Of a stretch of DNA of 35,271 bases, positions 1 through 9,782 are shown piece after piece. Source of the DNA: Flavobacteriales bacterium (GTDB taxonomy: Bacteria > Bacteroidota > Bacteroidia > Palsa-965); NCBI GenBank assembly GCA_040377305.1, contig JBEIPA010000041.1, positions 1-35,271 on the forward strand, given 5' to 3'. The position numbers and the translations under genes were made by a program. Position 1 is the stretch's first letter, and the number at the start of each line of letters is the position of its first letter. Under the pieces are notes generated by a model, which worked only from the letters and a program-made list of their open reading frames with translations, had not been told where the DNA came from and ran no database searches.

Positions 1-129
1 AGTTACTTCTTGAGTTTGATTTAAAATTTGATGAAACAACAATAAAATAATTATATATTACAACGTTCAATTAAAGTAAATTTCTCCGCTCATTACAAAA
101 CTTCTATTCACTATCTCGCTCAAGCGAAA

Positions 130-137
130 TAAGTTTG
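130..137 (+). promoter_or_regulatory. possible Bacteroidota -7 promoter box (TAAGTTTG) for the EEP/giant-protein operon
   Basis: Matches TAnnTTTG 23 nt upstream of the ATG at 161. Confidence 0.35.
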
Positions 138-160
138 GTTAAAACAAAACTCATACACCG

Positions 161-1537
161 ATGCCATTAACTATTACCACTTTTAATATTCAGACGTTTG
201 GGATGACACGTTGCGACAACATAGATCGCATTAGAGCTGTTTCCCGAACCATTTGTGAGCTAAATCCACGTCCCGATATTCTTTGTCTGATTGAAATCAC
301 CGCGAGCGATTTTGATGAGGTAAACTGGGTTTGCATCTCGCTGCGCGTTTGGATTGCCAAGACCTATCTCGAACTGGGACGCACAGAAACTAAATACAAT
401 TTCATTCATACATTTCACAATGGTTTTGAAACGTACGTATATTTCTATAATCCCGATACGGTAAATCCATTGGTTCTTGAAAGTGGTATAAAGGAATTAT
501 ATACCATCGAATCGGGGCAAAAAGACTGGTATCCGTTGCTCGATACTTTGAAATTCAAAAAAGTATCGAAAACCGATACCAAGGCCAATCAAAGTTACTG
601 GCACAGGCTCGATAATTATTTCCCATTGCTTCATTTTAATAATCGAGGAACCTGTCGTTCGCTTGGATTGGGACTATTTGAATATAACAATAAGGAAATT
701 GGCGTATTGGTTTGGCACAACAAGGCCGGCAATGGAAGTATCTCTTATGGTTATATGCAATTGTTAGCCGGATCGGATCTTTGCAAAGCAGGGAAACTAA
801 CATTTAAAGACGAGAACAATAACAAAAAAACACTTGACAATTTAGTGCTGACTGCCGACTTCAACGTTGATTTAGTTCAAGCCAGTCAATACATTAACAA
901 CCCTTATGATTCGTATACGGATATGACAATAGCGGTTAAAGGAAATTCTGCGCTGAGCTATCTGAACGAATACAGTTTCAATCGTTTTTATCCCGATCCG
1001 GACAAGGTCTTGATTCATGCGTTTGACAATTCTTTATTCTATTCAAAAGACTTTACCATTGATCGGGCCTTCATCAATCCATTGGTGAGCAACCTCAAGG
1101 GGCAACGGGATTATGTGATTAAATTTTTAAACAACAGCGAGTTTATCAACAATGACGACGAAGAAGAACTTACCGATAAAGAAGACTTGCTGAACCATTC
1201 TTTTGCCAATAGCCTGGAAGGGATTTTAATTAAGTACAAAGGCCCGATGTACAATAAACAAAAGCGGGAAACAATAATTCTTGATTTTATGGAATGGCGG
1301 GCGAAGCTCCGTAAAAACGGGTATGCACCACTTCTGACATCGAAAGAAATTCTTGGCGATCGTTTTATTTCTTTTTTCGCCGAAGCATATAGCATTTATG
1401 TCGGCACAACAGGGTTTCGTAGTCACAGCTACCCCCGGATATGTGGGGATTTTGGTAGCGTAACAGATGGCGATGCGGTTTTCCTCCTGCGAAAATTTGT
1501 TAGTGATCATTTACCCGTAACCCTCATTCTTAAATAA
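161..1537 (+). CDS. endonuclease/exonuclease/phosphatase (EEP, DNase I-like) family protein
   Basis: EEP catalytic motifs in the expected order: N-terminal TFNIQTFG, LCLIEI, LTADFN (GDFN-like), AFDN, C-terminal SDHLPV; no signal peptide. Confidence 0.85.
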   Translation: MPLTITTFNIQTFGMTRCDNIDRIRAVSRTICELNPRPDILCLIEITASDFDEVNWVCISLRVWIAKTYLELGRTETKYNFIHTFHNGFETYVYFYNPDTVNPLVLESGIKELYTIESGQKDWYPLLDTLKFKKVSKTDTKANQSYWHRLDNYFPLLHFNNRGTCRSLGLGLFEYNNKEIGVLVWHNKAGNGSISYGYMQLLAGSDLCKAGKLTFKDENNNKKTLDNLVLTADFNVDLVQASQYINNPYDSYTDMTIAVKGNSALSYLNEYSFNRFYPDPDKVLIHAFDNSLFYSKDFTIDRAFINPLVSNLKGQRDYVIKFLNNSEFINNDDEEELTDKEDLLNHSFANSLEGILIKYKGPMYNKQKRETIILDFMEWRAKLRKNGYAPLLTSKEILGDRFISFFAEAYSIYVGTTGFRSHSYPRICGDFGSVTDGDAVFLLRKFVSDHLPVTLILK

Positions 1538-1546
1538 GCAAGGCAG

Positions 1547-4500
1547 ATGAACGAAACCTTATATCAGCTCATTCGCAGTTGCTGGACTTCTGATGGCAAC
1601 TTCTCATTAGGCGCAGCGCAACTTACCGCCTCTCCGGCAAGGACAGTTCTTGCAAAACATTTTCCAGGCGAAACGCTTCTGCTTACAGGCGCAACAATGC
1701 CTGTATTGGAAAACGGATTTGTAGTAATTCAGGAAGCGACTTGCGTTTCCAAACTGCTCCAATTCAATTCGGCAAAAGTCACTGCACGTTTTTATGTCGA
1801 TGCTGCAAACAATACGCACTTTGATTTAACGACAACAGATCAGGCCTTAACTTTTCGTTTCAATGAAAGTTTTCCTGCTATAAAAGACCATGCCAATTGG
1901 GGCGGATTAACATTAACGCAAGCCACACTTCGGTTAGATTCCACCTTACTTACCAATACCGTCTGTCGCGATTTGGAACGCATGTATGCACCCAAACGAT
2001 TTCCGGAAACATCTGAAAGTCGTGTTGTAAAAGGATGGAAAATTTCCGGCTTACCGGGATTGCCCGAAGGCTGGTCATGGATTTACGATTTGCTGGGAAA
2101 CCGCTCCCGATTTCGCATCGAAGGCCCCTTGGAAATACTGGAAGGTAAGCCCCGTTTTTTGCTGGCAACACCAATGTACGAACCCGTAGCCATCGGCCAC
2201 CTGAGACCGGCCTTTGCTTTCGAAATGATTGGCTGGCTGGCAGAATATGGTTTGCCCGAAGGAGAAATTACACTATCCAATTTTAGTTATCGCTTTCGCG
2301 CGCAACTCACTCCTCCTATTGGAACACAACCGTTAACGCTATTTGCCAAGTGGGGACTATCAACACCAGATCAATTGCAGTTTACCATCGATGCACAGCT
2401 TGATCTCGATGGCGCAATTCAAACACTCGATTCTTTTTTCAATCTACCCCCCGAACAAGGATTAAGAACATTAATCCCAACCCAGAATTTTCCGGCTGTC
2501 AACACGATCAAATTAAAAACGATTGATTTTGATATTTCCTTATCGCCCTTCCGGCTGCAACGCTTAACCGCAAGGCTGGGGATGGATGAAAGTGCAAGCC
2601 AGGTTATTTTCCCTGAACTCGTAACAGCCAAACAATTTGAACTCGTCGCTGATTTGTGGCCCGGAACTGCCGGCTCTCCCAGAATGAAACTGAATGCCAG
2701 TTGTGGTATTGTACTCCATACGATGAGTCAACCCATACGCCTCAATTCGCGAATTGGTCTTCCATCCTTGAATTACAGTATCGGATTAGATCCCGTTCAA
2801 ACATTCAATATCTCCGGTTTTGTACATTCTCTTTTTCCTTCACTTGGTAATTTGCCCGCCGTATGGTGCGATACATTATCCTGCGCAGGAAAAATATATC
2901 CGCCTGAACTGCTTTTTGAATCTGCTTTTGAATCCGATATAGAGCTCGATTGGCTGTCGCTCAAAATTCGTTCGTTTGGTCTTTCTTTTAGCGCACGACG
3001 TACCGGCGATGAAAATATTATTGACGCAGAAGCATTTGTTGCCGCAACCCTTGCCGGCCAGTTTGATGTTATTTTGCATGGTTCCATTTCACGTGATCAG
3101 CTCAATGTATCCGGCACTATTTCTACTTCCGAAAAACTGCGGCTTCCTCAAATCCTTCCCGCAGGCATTCGCCTTCCCGATTATTTCAATACCTGGGAAT
3201 TTGAAAAAGGCTCGCTCGAAGTGCAGCGAGGAACAACCAACCGCGTGAAGTTTTCTTTGAAGGGAAATGTTATGCTGGATTTTGGTTCGATCGGAAATAT
3301 TGCAGCCACCTCGCTCGATGTAACGATTCAAAAAGAAGAAGGAAAAGACTGGTCAGTTAAGATTGAAACAAGCGGCTCGATCAAAGTCTTTGCCATTACT
3401 GATCAGGGGCCGGTAAACTGGCTCGTCGATTTAGCAGGTACAGTAACCATCAATGCCAGTTCACTTTCCAACTGGAGCATGGTCTTTGCCGCCAATGAGG
3501 GAAGCGGAAGGATCGGGCCGGTTCCATTGCCTGTTCCGAAACGAATTGAAGGTATTAACGTTACACCATCAAACGTTACTGTTTATCCCAAAAGCGTAAG
3601 TATTTCGATGGAAAACGGGAACTGGAAATTTGATACAAAAAGTATTTTCAAATTAGACACGTTTGCTTTTTTGCAAAACTTGATTCCTGAAGCAGGAACA
3701 GAAGCGCATTTAATTATTCAAAAACTGGAAGGTGTTTATTCAGCATCACTTGAATTAAAAAACCTGATTGGATTTACTATCCCAATCAATATCCCCGAGC
3801 GCCAAAATATGCCCGCCATTAATCTGGGCAATACGCGCTTTGAATTGACAAAGGCCAGCATTGCCGTTTCCAATCGCTTGGGCCTAACCTTTAGCGCCGA
3901 AACAAGCTGGTTCTTGCCCGAATACATGAATGAATTATTTGGCATTGTAGGAAGACCCGAAGACCACAATCCAAAGTTTCGTTTTTTTAAAACATACAAA
4001 CCCGCAGGGCAAGTTCCCACAGATGCATTAACGCTGAAGTTTCAACTGGGGCTTGCTACAAACGGGCAACCGTCGGGAAGTGTTACGCTTAATGCGCTTC
4101 CGATCAATCTTATTCAGACCGATGGCGACAAATTTGTTTTGAGTTTTGGCCCGGCAACAGATCCCGGCAAGTATGGAAAAATCAAATTTGCCAAGCCCAT
4201 ACTCGCTTACAATGCGGTGAAGGGTTTTGAAATGGAACTTGATTTTGAAATCGAAAAAGATCCGGCTATTCCGTTGAAGCCACTGATTGATTTACTGAAA
4301 AATGCAAAGCTCGACGCCATTGCCAATCTGCTTCCCGATCCACTACCAATCCCGATTTCAGATCCGCCACGCTTTTTTGAAAACGGAGCATTTAACTGGA
4401 CCTTGCTGGAAGCCTTAGTTAAAAAGTGCTGGCCCAATGACACCGAATTGTTTCCGAAAATGAAAGCCTTGCTCGAACCGATTGCTCATCGCTTTGAACA

Positions 4501-7351
4501 ATTGCCCGATACTTTGAAAAACTATTTGCAACCTCCGGGGATTCGCGGACTGAAGTTCAAACTCACCGCATCGCCGACCGGAAATGTAGAACTTGGTTTT
4601 GAAATGAAACAGGATCCCGGTGTAAAACCGGAAGATCCATCGGAGATGAAACGCAGCGCACAGATATTGTTGATTCCCGGACTTCCGCTGGTGTTCTTCG
4701 GCCTGCGTTTGCGTAAATTCCATTTCGGAGAATTGTTTGGAGGGCAATTGTTCACCACGCTTATAGATGCCGATATTGATGTGTTTGATATGCCCTCGTT
4801 GATTGCTTCACTCGTTGATAATCCGGATGTGAAGTATTACGTTGGCGATTCGAAAAAATTCAAACGCACGATTCAACTCTACGATTTGCGTACGTTTATT
4901 GTTTGGCAAACACAAATACCGATTTTCATTCCTGCATTTTACCGGCATGTTGGTATCGACTATTATGGATTAGGCGATGTGCGTTTTCAATCGGGTTTTG
5001 GATTTCCGGAACCGGAATTTGATCTGGTCAAACTGGGAGAATTAATAAAAGACCTTGTAACCTTTGCACGTGACCCTGCGGCGCCTATGCCCGAAAACGC
5101 GGACTACCGCCCAATGGATCTTGCATTCAAAATGGGGCCCTTGTATCTGGAAACCGGCGCATGGATGGGGAAAAAAGTGATTGGCTGGAAAACGCCGCTC
5201 ACTCCGCCGGGTGGAATTACACTCAGCAGTTTGCTGGCCAAAGTACTCAACACCATCAAGTTTTTCAGTGTGAATAAATTCATCACCAGCATTCCGTTTG
5301 AAAACAGGCATGCAGAAGGTGCATTGGCGAGCGAATTTCTGGGCATGAGTCTGGGTGGTAAATTTTTGTTGTCAACGCCTTACGAATTTGTCAATACAGA
5401 AGCAGGGCGCTGGAATCTTTTGCCGGAACAAACCACGCAACTGATGAGCGTATTGCCAACTGGCGTAACAAAAGATACGCCGGGTGTTGTACTTTTCCTG
5501 CGCGGTGAATGGACATCTACATTTGGTTCATTGCACACTTCTTTCGGTTTGATCGCCATTGACAGTAAACGTTTTGCTATCGGATTCCGGTTTGATGGAA
5601 CACTGGCCAGTTCCATTCAGATTAATTCAAACGCATTCGTTACGATCAATCCACCCGAAACACCTTTTGCGTTTTCGGGAACGAGCAAGGCGGTGTTGAA
5701 ATATGCCGGCATGGAATTTTTCAACGGATTCATCACCGCTTCGGGCAATCACCGGCGTTTCGATTTTTCAGGGCAATTGAAGTTAACTGAACCCGGTCAA
5801 ACCTTCAACATCAATGGCAATGCAGCGGTAGCCGGCCATTTTGATCAGAATTCATTTTCTATTTCGGGCGGAGCCAACGTTTCATTTTTGATTTTCCAGG
5901 GAAGCGGTTCGTTTAAAGTAGAAGGTGTTTCAACTGTTTTAGCCAAAGGAACCTTAAAATTAAATATCCCCGGAATACTTGTTTTAGATAGCACTTTCGA
6001 TTTATCACCAACGGAATTTACGCTGCGTACATCATCAAATTTGTTTAACGTTTTCCCAACGACGATCGAAGCGGTGATGAATAAACCCGCACAAACCATT
6101 GCCTTTACGCTGGAATCACAGCCGCTCAATAATTTGTTTGGTTTTTACTTGTCGTTCAATGCGCGGTTTGGTTCGAACGCCGAACAAACGGGTACGTTTA
6201 AAATCAAATTAGTTGGTCAGGAATTGGTGAATGGTACTTGTAAACTTCAGGATGCCAATACGTTTAAGATTGGAGGAACATTAACGCTTGGTTTACTTAA
6301 CTTTAGTGTCAACGGAACTTTTTCCTCTTCCGGATTTTCAATAGAAGGAAGTACATCGTTTGCAAGCATTGCCAGCATTGGCGTAAGCATCACCAATCAG
6401 GGCATTACGTTTTGGGTTGAAGCATTTGGTTTACCAAGAAGCAATACGGCTTTGAAATCGTGCAACGACACGCTTTACCTCTGCAGTTCAACAGGGAATG
6501 CGAAATTTTATATTGATCTCAAAAACGCGCTTAACTCCCGCGCGAAAGACTGCCCCTGCGGACTCAAAAGGTTTGTGCCATGTCCGTATCCGGAAAAGGC
6601 CGAGAACTTCCTGTATGTAACTTACCTTGTAAATGACTTGTTTACTGCAAAGAAACAGGGCAAGGGCATTTTGAGCCGAAGCCATAACAATCACAAGCAC
6701 CATTCAACGGTAAGAGTGGTGAATGCAGCGCAGAAATCGTTCTCGATTGAAGTTCGTCGCCATGGCCATCACAAGGATATATTCAGCGAGATGTTAGACT
6801 TTATGGAAGATCGTTTAGGCTCGCACTTCGCTTTTCTCATAGCGAGATACATCGGCAATGTTAATGGAGCTGCTATTGTTGTCCGGGAAACAACCATCCA
6901 TCAAATGCATAATGGGCAAGTTACTATTGTCGTTTCCTTCCCTTCGGCCATTGAGCATTTTCAACGCATTGAAACTACATTAAGTTTCGCCAATCCAAGA
7001 CATGCCAGCGATTTGATTGCAGATGAAATGATGCGGTATTTTTACGAAAACGAATGGCCCGATCAGCAGAAGCTGCTTCGAAAAACCAGAAAGAAAACTG
7101 CAGTAAAAAAAGTAACTGTTCTAAAAGCGAATACGAAGAAAACGATTGCCCTGAAACGTGTTGCTAAAAAAGTAACGACTAAAAAAGCGGCATCGAAAAA
7201 GCCTGCTGAAAGAAAGCCCGTTGCGAAAAAAGTAATCGTTAAAAAAACAGACTCTCAAAAACCTGCCGGGACTGGAAGGAAAACAGTATCGAAGAAAGCC
7301 GCTGGTAAAAAGACGATTGCGAAAAAGCAAAAGAGAAGAAAAAATTCTTAA
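1547..7351 (+). CDS. very large hypothetical protein (1934 aa), beta-strand rich, with a Lys/Ala-rich histone H1-like C-terminal tail
   Basis: Uninterrupted 5.8-kb ORF 9 nt after the EEP gene; alternating hydrophobic/Gly-Ser-Thr strands; tail such as KKVTTKKAASKKPAERKPVAKK. Confidence 0.85.
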   Translation: MNETLYQLIRSCWTSDGNFSLGAAQLTASPARTVLAKHFPGETLLLTGATMPVLENGFVVIQEATCVSKLLQFNSAKVTARFYVDAANNTHFDLTTTDQALTFRFNESFPAIKDHANWGGLTLTQATLRLDSTLLTNTVCRDLERMYAPKRFPETSESRVVKGWKISGLPGLPEGWSWIYDLLGNRSRFRIEGPLEILEGKPRFLLATPMYEPVAIGHLRPAFAFEMIGWLAEYGLPEGEITLSNFSYRFRAQLTPPIGTQPLTLFAKWGLSTPDQLQFTIDAQLDLDGAIQTLDSFFNLPPEQGLRTLIPTQNFPAVNTIKLKTIDFDISLSPFRLQRLTARLGMDESASQVIFPELVTAKQFELVADLWPGTAGSPRMKLNASCGIVLHTMSQPIRLNSRIGLPSLNYSIGLDPVQTFNISGFVHSLFPSLGNLPAVWCDTLSCAGKIYPPELLFESAFESDIELDWLSLKIRSFGLSFSARRTGDENIIDAEAFVAATLAGQFDVILHGSISRDQLNVSGTISTSEKLRLPQILPAGIRLPDYFNTWEFEKGSLEVQRGTTNRVKFSLKGNVMLDFGSIGNIAATSLDVTIQKEEGKDWSVKIETSGSIKVFAITDQGPVNWLVDLAGTVTINASSLSNWSMVFAANEGSGRIGPVPLPVPKRIEGINVTPSNVTVYPKSVSISMENGNWKFDTKSIFKLDTFAFLQNLIPEAGTEAHLIIQKLEGVYSASLELKNLIGFTIPINIPERQNMPAINLGNTRFELTKASIAVSNRLGLTFSAETSWFLPEYMNELFGIVGRPEDHNPKFRFFKTYKPAGQVPTDALTLKFQLGLATNGQPSGSVTLNALPINLIQTDGDKFVLSFGPATDPGKYGKIKFAKPILAYNAVKGFEMELDFEIEKDPAIPLKPLIDLLKNAKLDAIANLLPDPLPIPISDPPRFFENGAFNWTLLEALVKKCWPNDTELFPKMKALLEPIAHRFEQLPDTLKNYLQPPGIRGLKFKLTASPTGNVELGFEMKQDPGVKPEDPSEMKRSAQILLIPGLPLVFFGLRLRKFHFGELFGGQLFTTLIDADIDVFDMPSLIASLVDNPDVKYYVGDSKKFKRTIQLYDLRTFIVWQTQIPIFIPAFYRHVGIDYYGLGDVRFQSGFGFPEPEFDLVKLGELIKDLVTFARDPAAPMPENADYRPMDLAFKMGPLYLETGAWMGKKVIGWKTPLTPPGGITLSSLLAKVLNTIKFFSVNKFITSIPFENRHAEGALASEFLGMSLGGKFLLSTPYEFVNTEAGRWNLLPEQTTQLMSVLPTGVTKDTPGVVLFLRGEWTSTFGSLHTSFGLIAIDSKRFAIGFRFDGTLASSIQINSNAFVTINPPETPFAFSGTSKAVLKYAGMEFFNGFITASGNHRRFDFSGQLKLTEPGQTFNINGNAAVAGHFDQNSFSISGGANVSFLIFQGSGSFKVEGVSTVLAKGTLKLNIPGILVLDSTFDLSPTEFTLRTSSNLFNVFPTTIEAVMNKPAQTIAFTLESQPLNNLFGFYLSFNARFGSNAEQTGTFKIKLVGQELVNGTCKLQDANTFKIGGTLTLGLLNFSVNGTFSSSGFSIEGSTSFASIASIGVSITNQGITFWVEAFGLPRSNTALKSCNDTLYLCSSTGNAKFYIDLKNALNSRAKDCPCGLKRFVPCPYPEKAENFLYVTYLVNDLFTAKKQGKGILSRSHNNHKHHSTVRVVNAAQKSFSIEVRRHGHHKDIFSEMLDFMEDRLGSHFAFLIARYIGNVNGAAIVVRETTIHQMHNGQVTIVVSFPSAIEHFQRIETTLSFANPRHASDLIADEMMRYFYENEWPDQQKLLRKTRKKTAVKKVTVLKANTKKTIALKRVAKKVTTKKAASKKPAERKPVAKKVIVKKTDSQKPAGTGRKTVSKKAAGKKTIAKKQKRRKNS

Positions 7352-7485
7352 ACAGCTTCTACGTTAAAGCCACTGTACTTGTCGGGCCGAGTGTTATGTC
7401 TGTGGGGAAGCGCATGATACGAGGTCTTGTTGACCGGGAATCTACTGTTCAGTCAAAACGAAGGTTGTCAGTCCCGGGCGCATTG

Positions 7486-7620
7486 CTTTATAACGGTTTG
7501 CGGATTGGCGTTGGTGGGCTTTTGAAACCGCAAACTATCTACCAGCGCCAAAGTTTATTAATTGCTCAAATGTTTGTATTCGTACTGTCCGACAACTAAC
7601 GCAAAGCCCGTGTTACCTGC
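7486..7620 (-). repeat. attC-like recombination site, long variant (~135 bp), closing the cassette array
   Basis: Minus strand reads GCAGGTAAC...GTTATAAAG; shares the TAACG-TTTGCGGATTGGCG end with the four 90-bp repeats; lies just after the stop of 7627..8268. Confidence 0.7.
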
Positions 7621-7626
7621 TGTGCT

Positions 7627-8268
7627 TTATTTAGGTGTGCTAAGATTATTGTCAACAGTCAACTTAAATTCAATTGTAGAATTCAAATCTACCCGTCTGT
7701 ACACATTATTCTCTGTAAGTTCTACAAACTGTAATGTCATTCCTTGCCATGCAATTTGATTTTCACTACTTGCATGGACGTGTATTTTATTTGAAAATTC
7801 ATCGCTACTATTTAAAATTATCGGATTCCAATCGGATCTAAAATCAACTTTAGACGCTACAAATAAAGCAGCATCTTTTGAAATCTCCATGAAATCTAAT
7901 TCACCATAAGTATTGTGTTTAATGTTAACGGTGTTTCTGAGAAAACGAACCAATCCATCTTTACTTCTTTCAAACATTGAACCGGCATAAATACTACATT
8001 GTCTTCTTTTGTCAATAAGTTCTCCATGTTTCAATGAGTCAGCTAAGTCAGAAAATATTTTATATGGTTCTGATTTCTGAAGTAAGTCTTTAGGTTTCAA
8101 ACCATGTGAATTTTCTGGAAAATGTTTAATAGAAACAGCTAGCGAAGATGCCTTGTTAGTGAAGTCGGAGATGGATGTGTTTATTGAAAATGGAAAACTT
8201 AATTGTCTATTAAGAGTTTCCCATGGTTTAATAATGTCGTTTAGAAATTTGATTTTCTCTTCTGTCAT
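7627..8268 (-). CDS. cassette-borne hypothetical protein (possibly HEPN-like)
   Basis: 213-aa AT-rich ORF bounded by core boxes; FSDLADSLKHG loosely resembles HEPN-type helix-end motifs. Confidence 0.75.
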   Translation of the reverse strand: MTEEKIKFLNDIIKPWETLNRQLSFPFSINTSISDFTNKASSLAVSIKHFPENSHGLKPKDLLQKSEPYKIFSDLADSLKHGELIDKRRQCSIYAGSMFERSKDGLVRFLRNTVNIKHNTYGELDFMEISKDAALFVASKVDFRSDWNPIILNSSDEFSNKIHVHASSENQIAWQGMTLQFVELTENNVYRRVDLNSTIEFKLTVDNNLSTPK

Positions 8269-8305
8269 CGGTCAGATTTTATTAATGTTCGGTCGTCAGA
8301 GCATT

Positions 8306-8395
8306 GCAGGTAACGTTTTGCGGATTGGCGCCGCGCGCTTTTCCTTCTAATAAATATACGTGAAAAGCGGGTGGTGCCAATGCGCTGTTAGCGGC
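8306..8395 (-). repeat. attC-like 90-bp hairpin repeat
   Basis: + strand GCAGGTAAC-gttttgcggattggcgccgcgcgcttttcc...gaaaagcgggtggtgccaatgcgct-GTTAGCGGC. Confidence 0.85.
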
Positions 8396-8891
8396 TGGCT
8401 TTCGTTGAGGGGAATTGCCAAAGTATTTCATGAACCAATCCTTGATAATAATTTTCTGAAGCCAAATATGAACTGACCACAAGAATAAACAAATTTATTG
8501 CGGCCAACGTCAAGGTGAGTTTTTGCCAGGGACGCTTTAAGTAATATTTGAGTACTAGGAAATTTATCGCGGCCAACACAAACACTAAACAAACTGAAAT
8601 CAATGCGTACTTCAAAAAATAGTGTTGAGCTTGGTTTCTGTGAGCAGCAAGTGACTCTTCTAGCGTCGATTTTATTCCGACTTCGGGCCTAACAATAAGC
8701 GCGAGAGTTAATATCATTCCCCAAGAAACCAGAAGAGTGATGCTATTCAAACTGTACAATGCAGTAAGTTTTAGGGCAATATACTTTTTTCTTAGTGTAT
8801 TGTATATTAATGCTACTGCCAACAGAATCCAAGTGGTGAAGGCAATATATTGTCCAATGAATAATAGCGTTGAGATTATTTCGTGTGCCAT
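8388..8891 (-). CDS. cassette-borne integral membrane protein (~4 TM, 167 aa)
   Basis: Start moved to ATG 8891 (MAHEII) because the ORF-track extension lies inside the repeat; the TAA stop is embedded in the GCCGCTAAC box. Confidence 0.8.
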   Translation of the reverse strand: MAHEIISTLLFIGQYIAFTTWILLAVALIYNTLRKKYIALKLTALYSLNSITLLVSWGMILTLALIVRPEVGIKSTLEESLAAHRNQAQHYFLKYALISVCLVFVLAAINFLVLKYYLKRPWQKLTLTLAAINLFILVVSSYLASENYYQGLVHEILWQFPSTKASR

Positions 8892-8900
8892 TGGTTGCTT

Positions 8901-8990
8901 GCCCCTAACGTTTTGCGGACTGGCGCCGCGCGCTTTTCCTTCAAATAAATATACGTGAAAAGCGCGTGGTGCCAATGTGCTGCTAGATGA
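8901..8990 (-). repeat. attC-like 90-bp hairpin repeat
   Basis: + strand GCCCCTAAC...GCTAGATGA; interior near-identical to 8306-8395. Confidence 0.85.
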
Positions 8991-8996
8991 CGTTGA

Positions 8997-9688
8997 TCAG
9001 AGTGAATCGTGGATTTCTTCTCCATTCCGATATTCCTTTTGGAATTCAATTTCCCATCTGGACCATAGTTGATAAATACTCCATTGGCTTCGCCATTCAA
9101 ATATTCGTTAGTCGCACGAATCTTCCCATTTTCAGAATAGAAAGTTTTCGTCCCGTTTGGTCTACCATCTGCGTATGTGGCTTGAACAGAAAGATTGCCG
9201 TTTTCGAAGTATGAGCGATATGCTCCATCATATTCTCCAGAAGAATTATAGTGCAGTTCCGTGCGGTCAAAGTTTACACCATTTGCAAGGAAATTGACTT
9301 TGTAACCATTGTCATCTTTGATTATTTCAATGCGATAATCATGTGAATTCCATCTGTTCGTTTTCCAGTTACCAACCTTAAAGGTGATGCTATCAGAAAG
9401 CGAGATGAGGAATCGATTCGGCCCATATTCATAACCGACGGATGCAATTTTATTGCCGGACTCAATTATTTTGCTTTGACCTTCTTCGGTATTCCAGATT
9501 ACATCGACACTTTTCGGATCAACACCTGAACAGACTAATTCTACATTGTTGTTGCTGAAAATGTAACTTGAAACGCGACCTAAAAAGGAATCGGAATTAC
9601 GGAATACAAACTTTAAGAGAAGAAGTCCTAGCAAGACCAGTGTTGCCTGGGTAATTAGTATACGTCTTGCTTTCACACGGTTTTTCAA
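8997..9688 (-). CDS. cassette-borne membrane-anchored MORN-variant repeat (YwqK-like) protein, probably frameshifted near the 3' end
   Basis: N-terminal TM; repeats YFENGNL..Y.DG..NG, YSENGKI..EY.NG..NG. One extra A in the run at 9037-9040 gives KKEYRNGEEIHDSL* ending at 8997; as sequenced it reads through to 8876. Confidence 0.75.
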
Positions 9689-9690
9689 TG

Positions 9691-9780
9691 ACCTCTAACG
9701 TTTTGCGGATTGGCGCTGCGCGCTTTTCCTTCTAATAAATATACGTGAAAAGCGCGTGGAGCCAATGCGCTGTGTGCGTA
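9691..9780 (-). repeat. attC-like 90-bp hairpin repeat
   Basis: + strand ACCTCTAAC...GTGTGCGTA; same interior as the other copies. Confidence 0.85.
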
Positions 9781-9782
9781 GA

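Noticed and set aside
7396-7759. Short plus-strand ORFs 7396..7599 and 7562..7759
   Set aside because: They overlap the attC-like site and the antisense strand of a cassette gene; no protein features
8282-8975. ORF 8282..8482 and the N-terminal extension of 8388..8975 sharing AFHVYL.EGKARGA.PQNV
   Set aside because: The shared peptide is simply the translated DNA repeat
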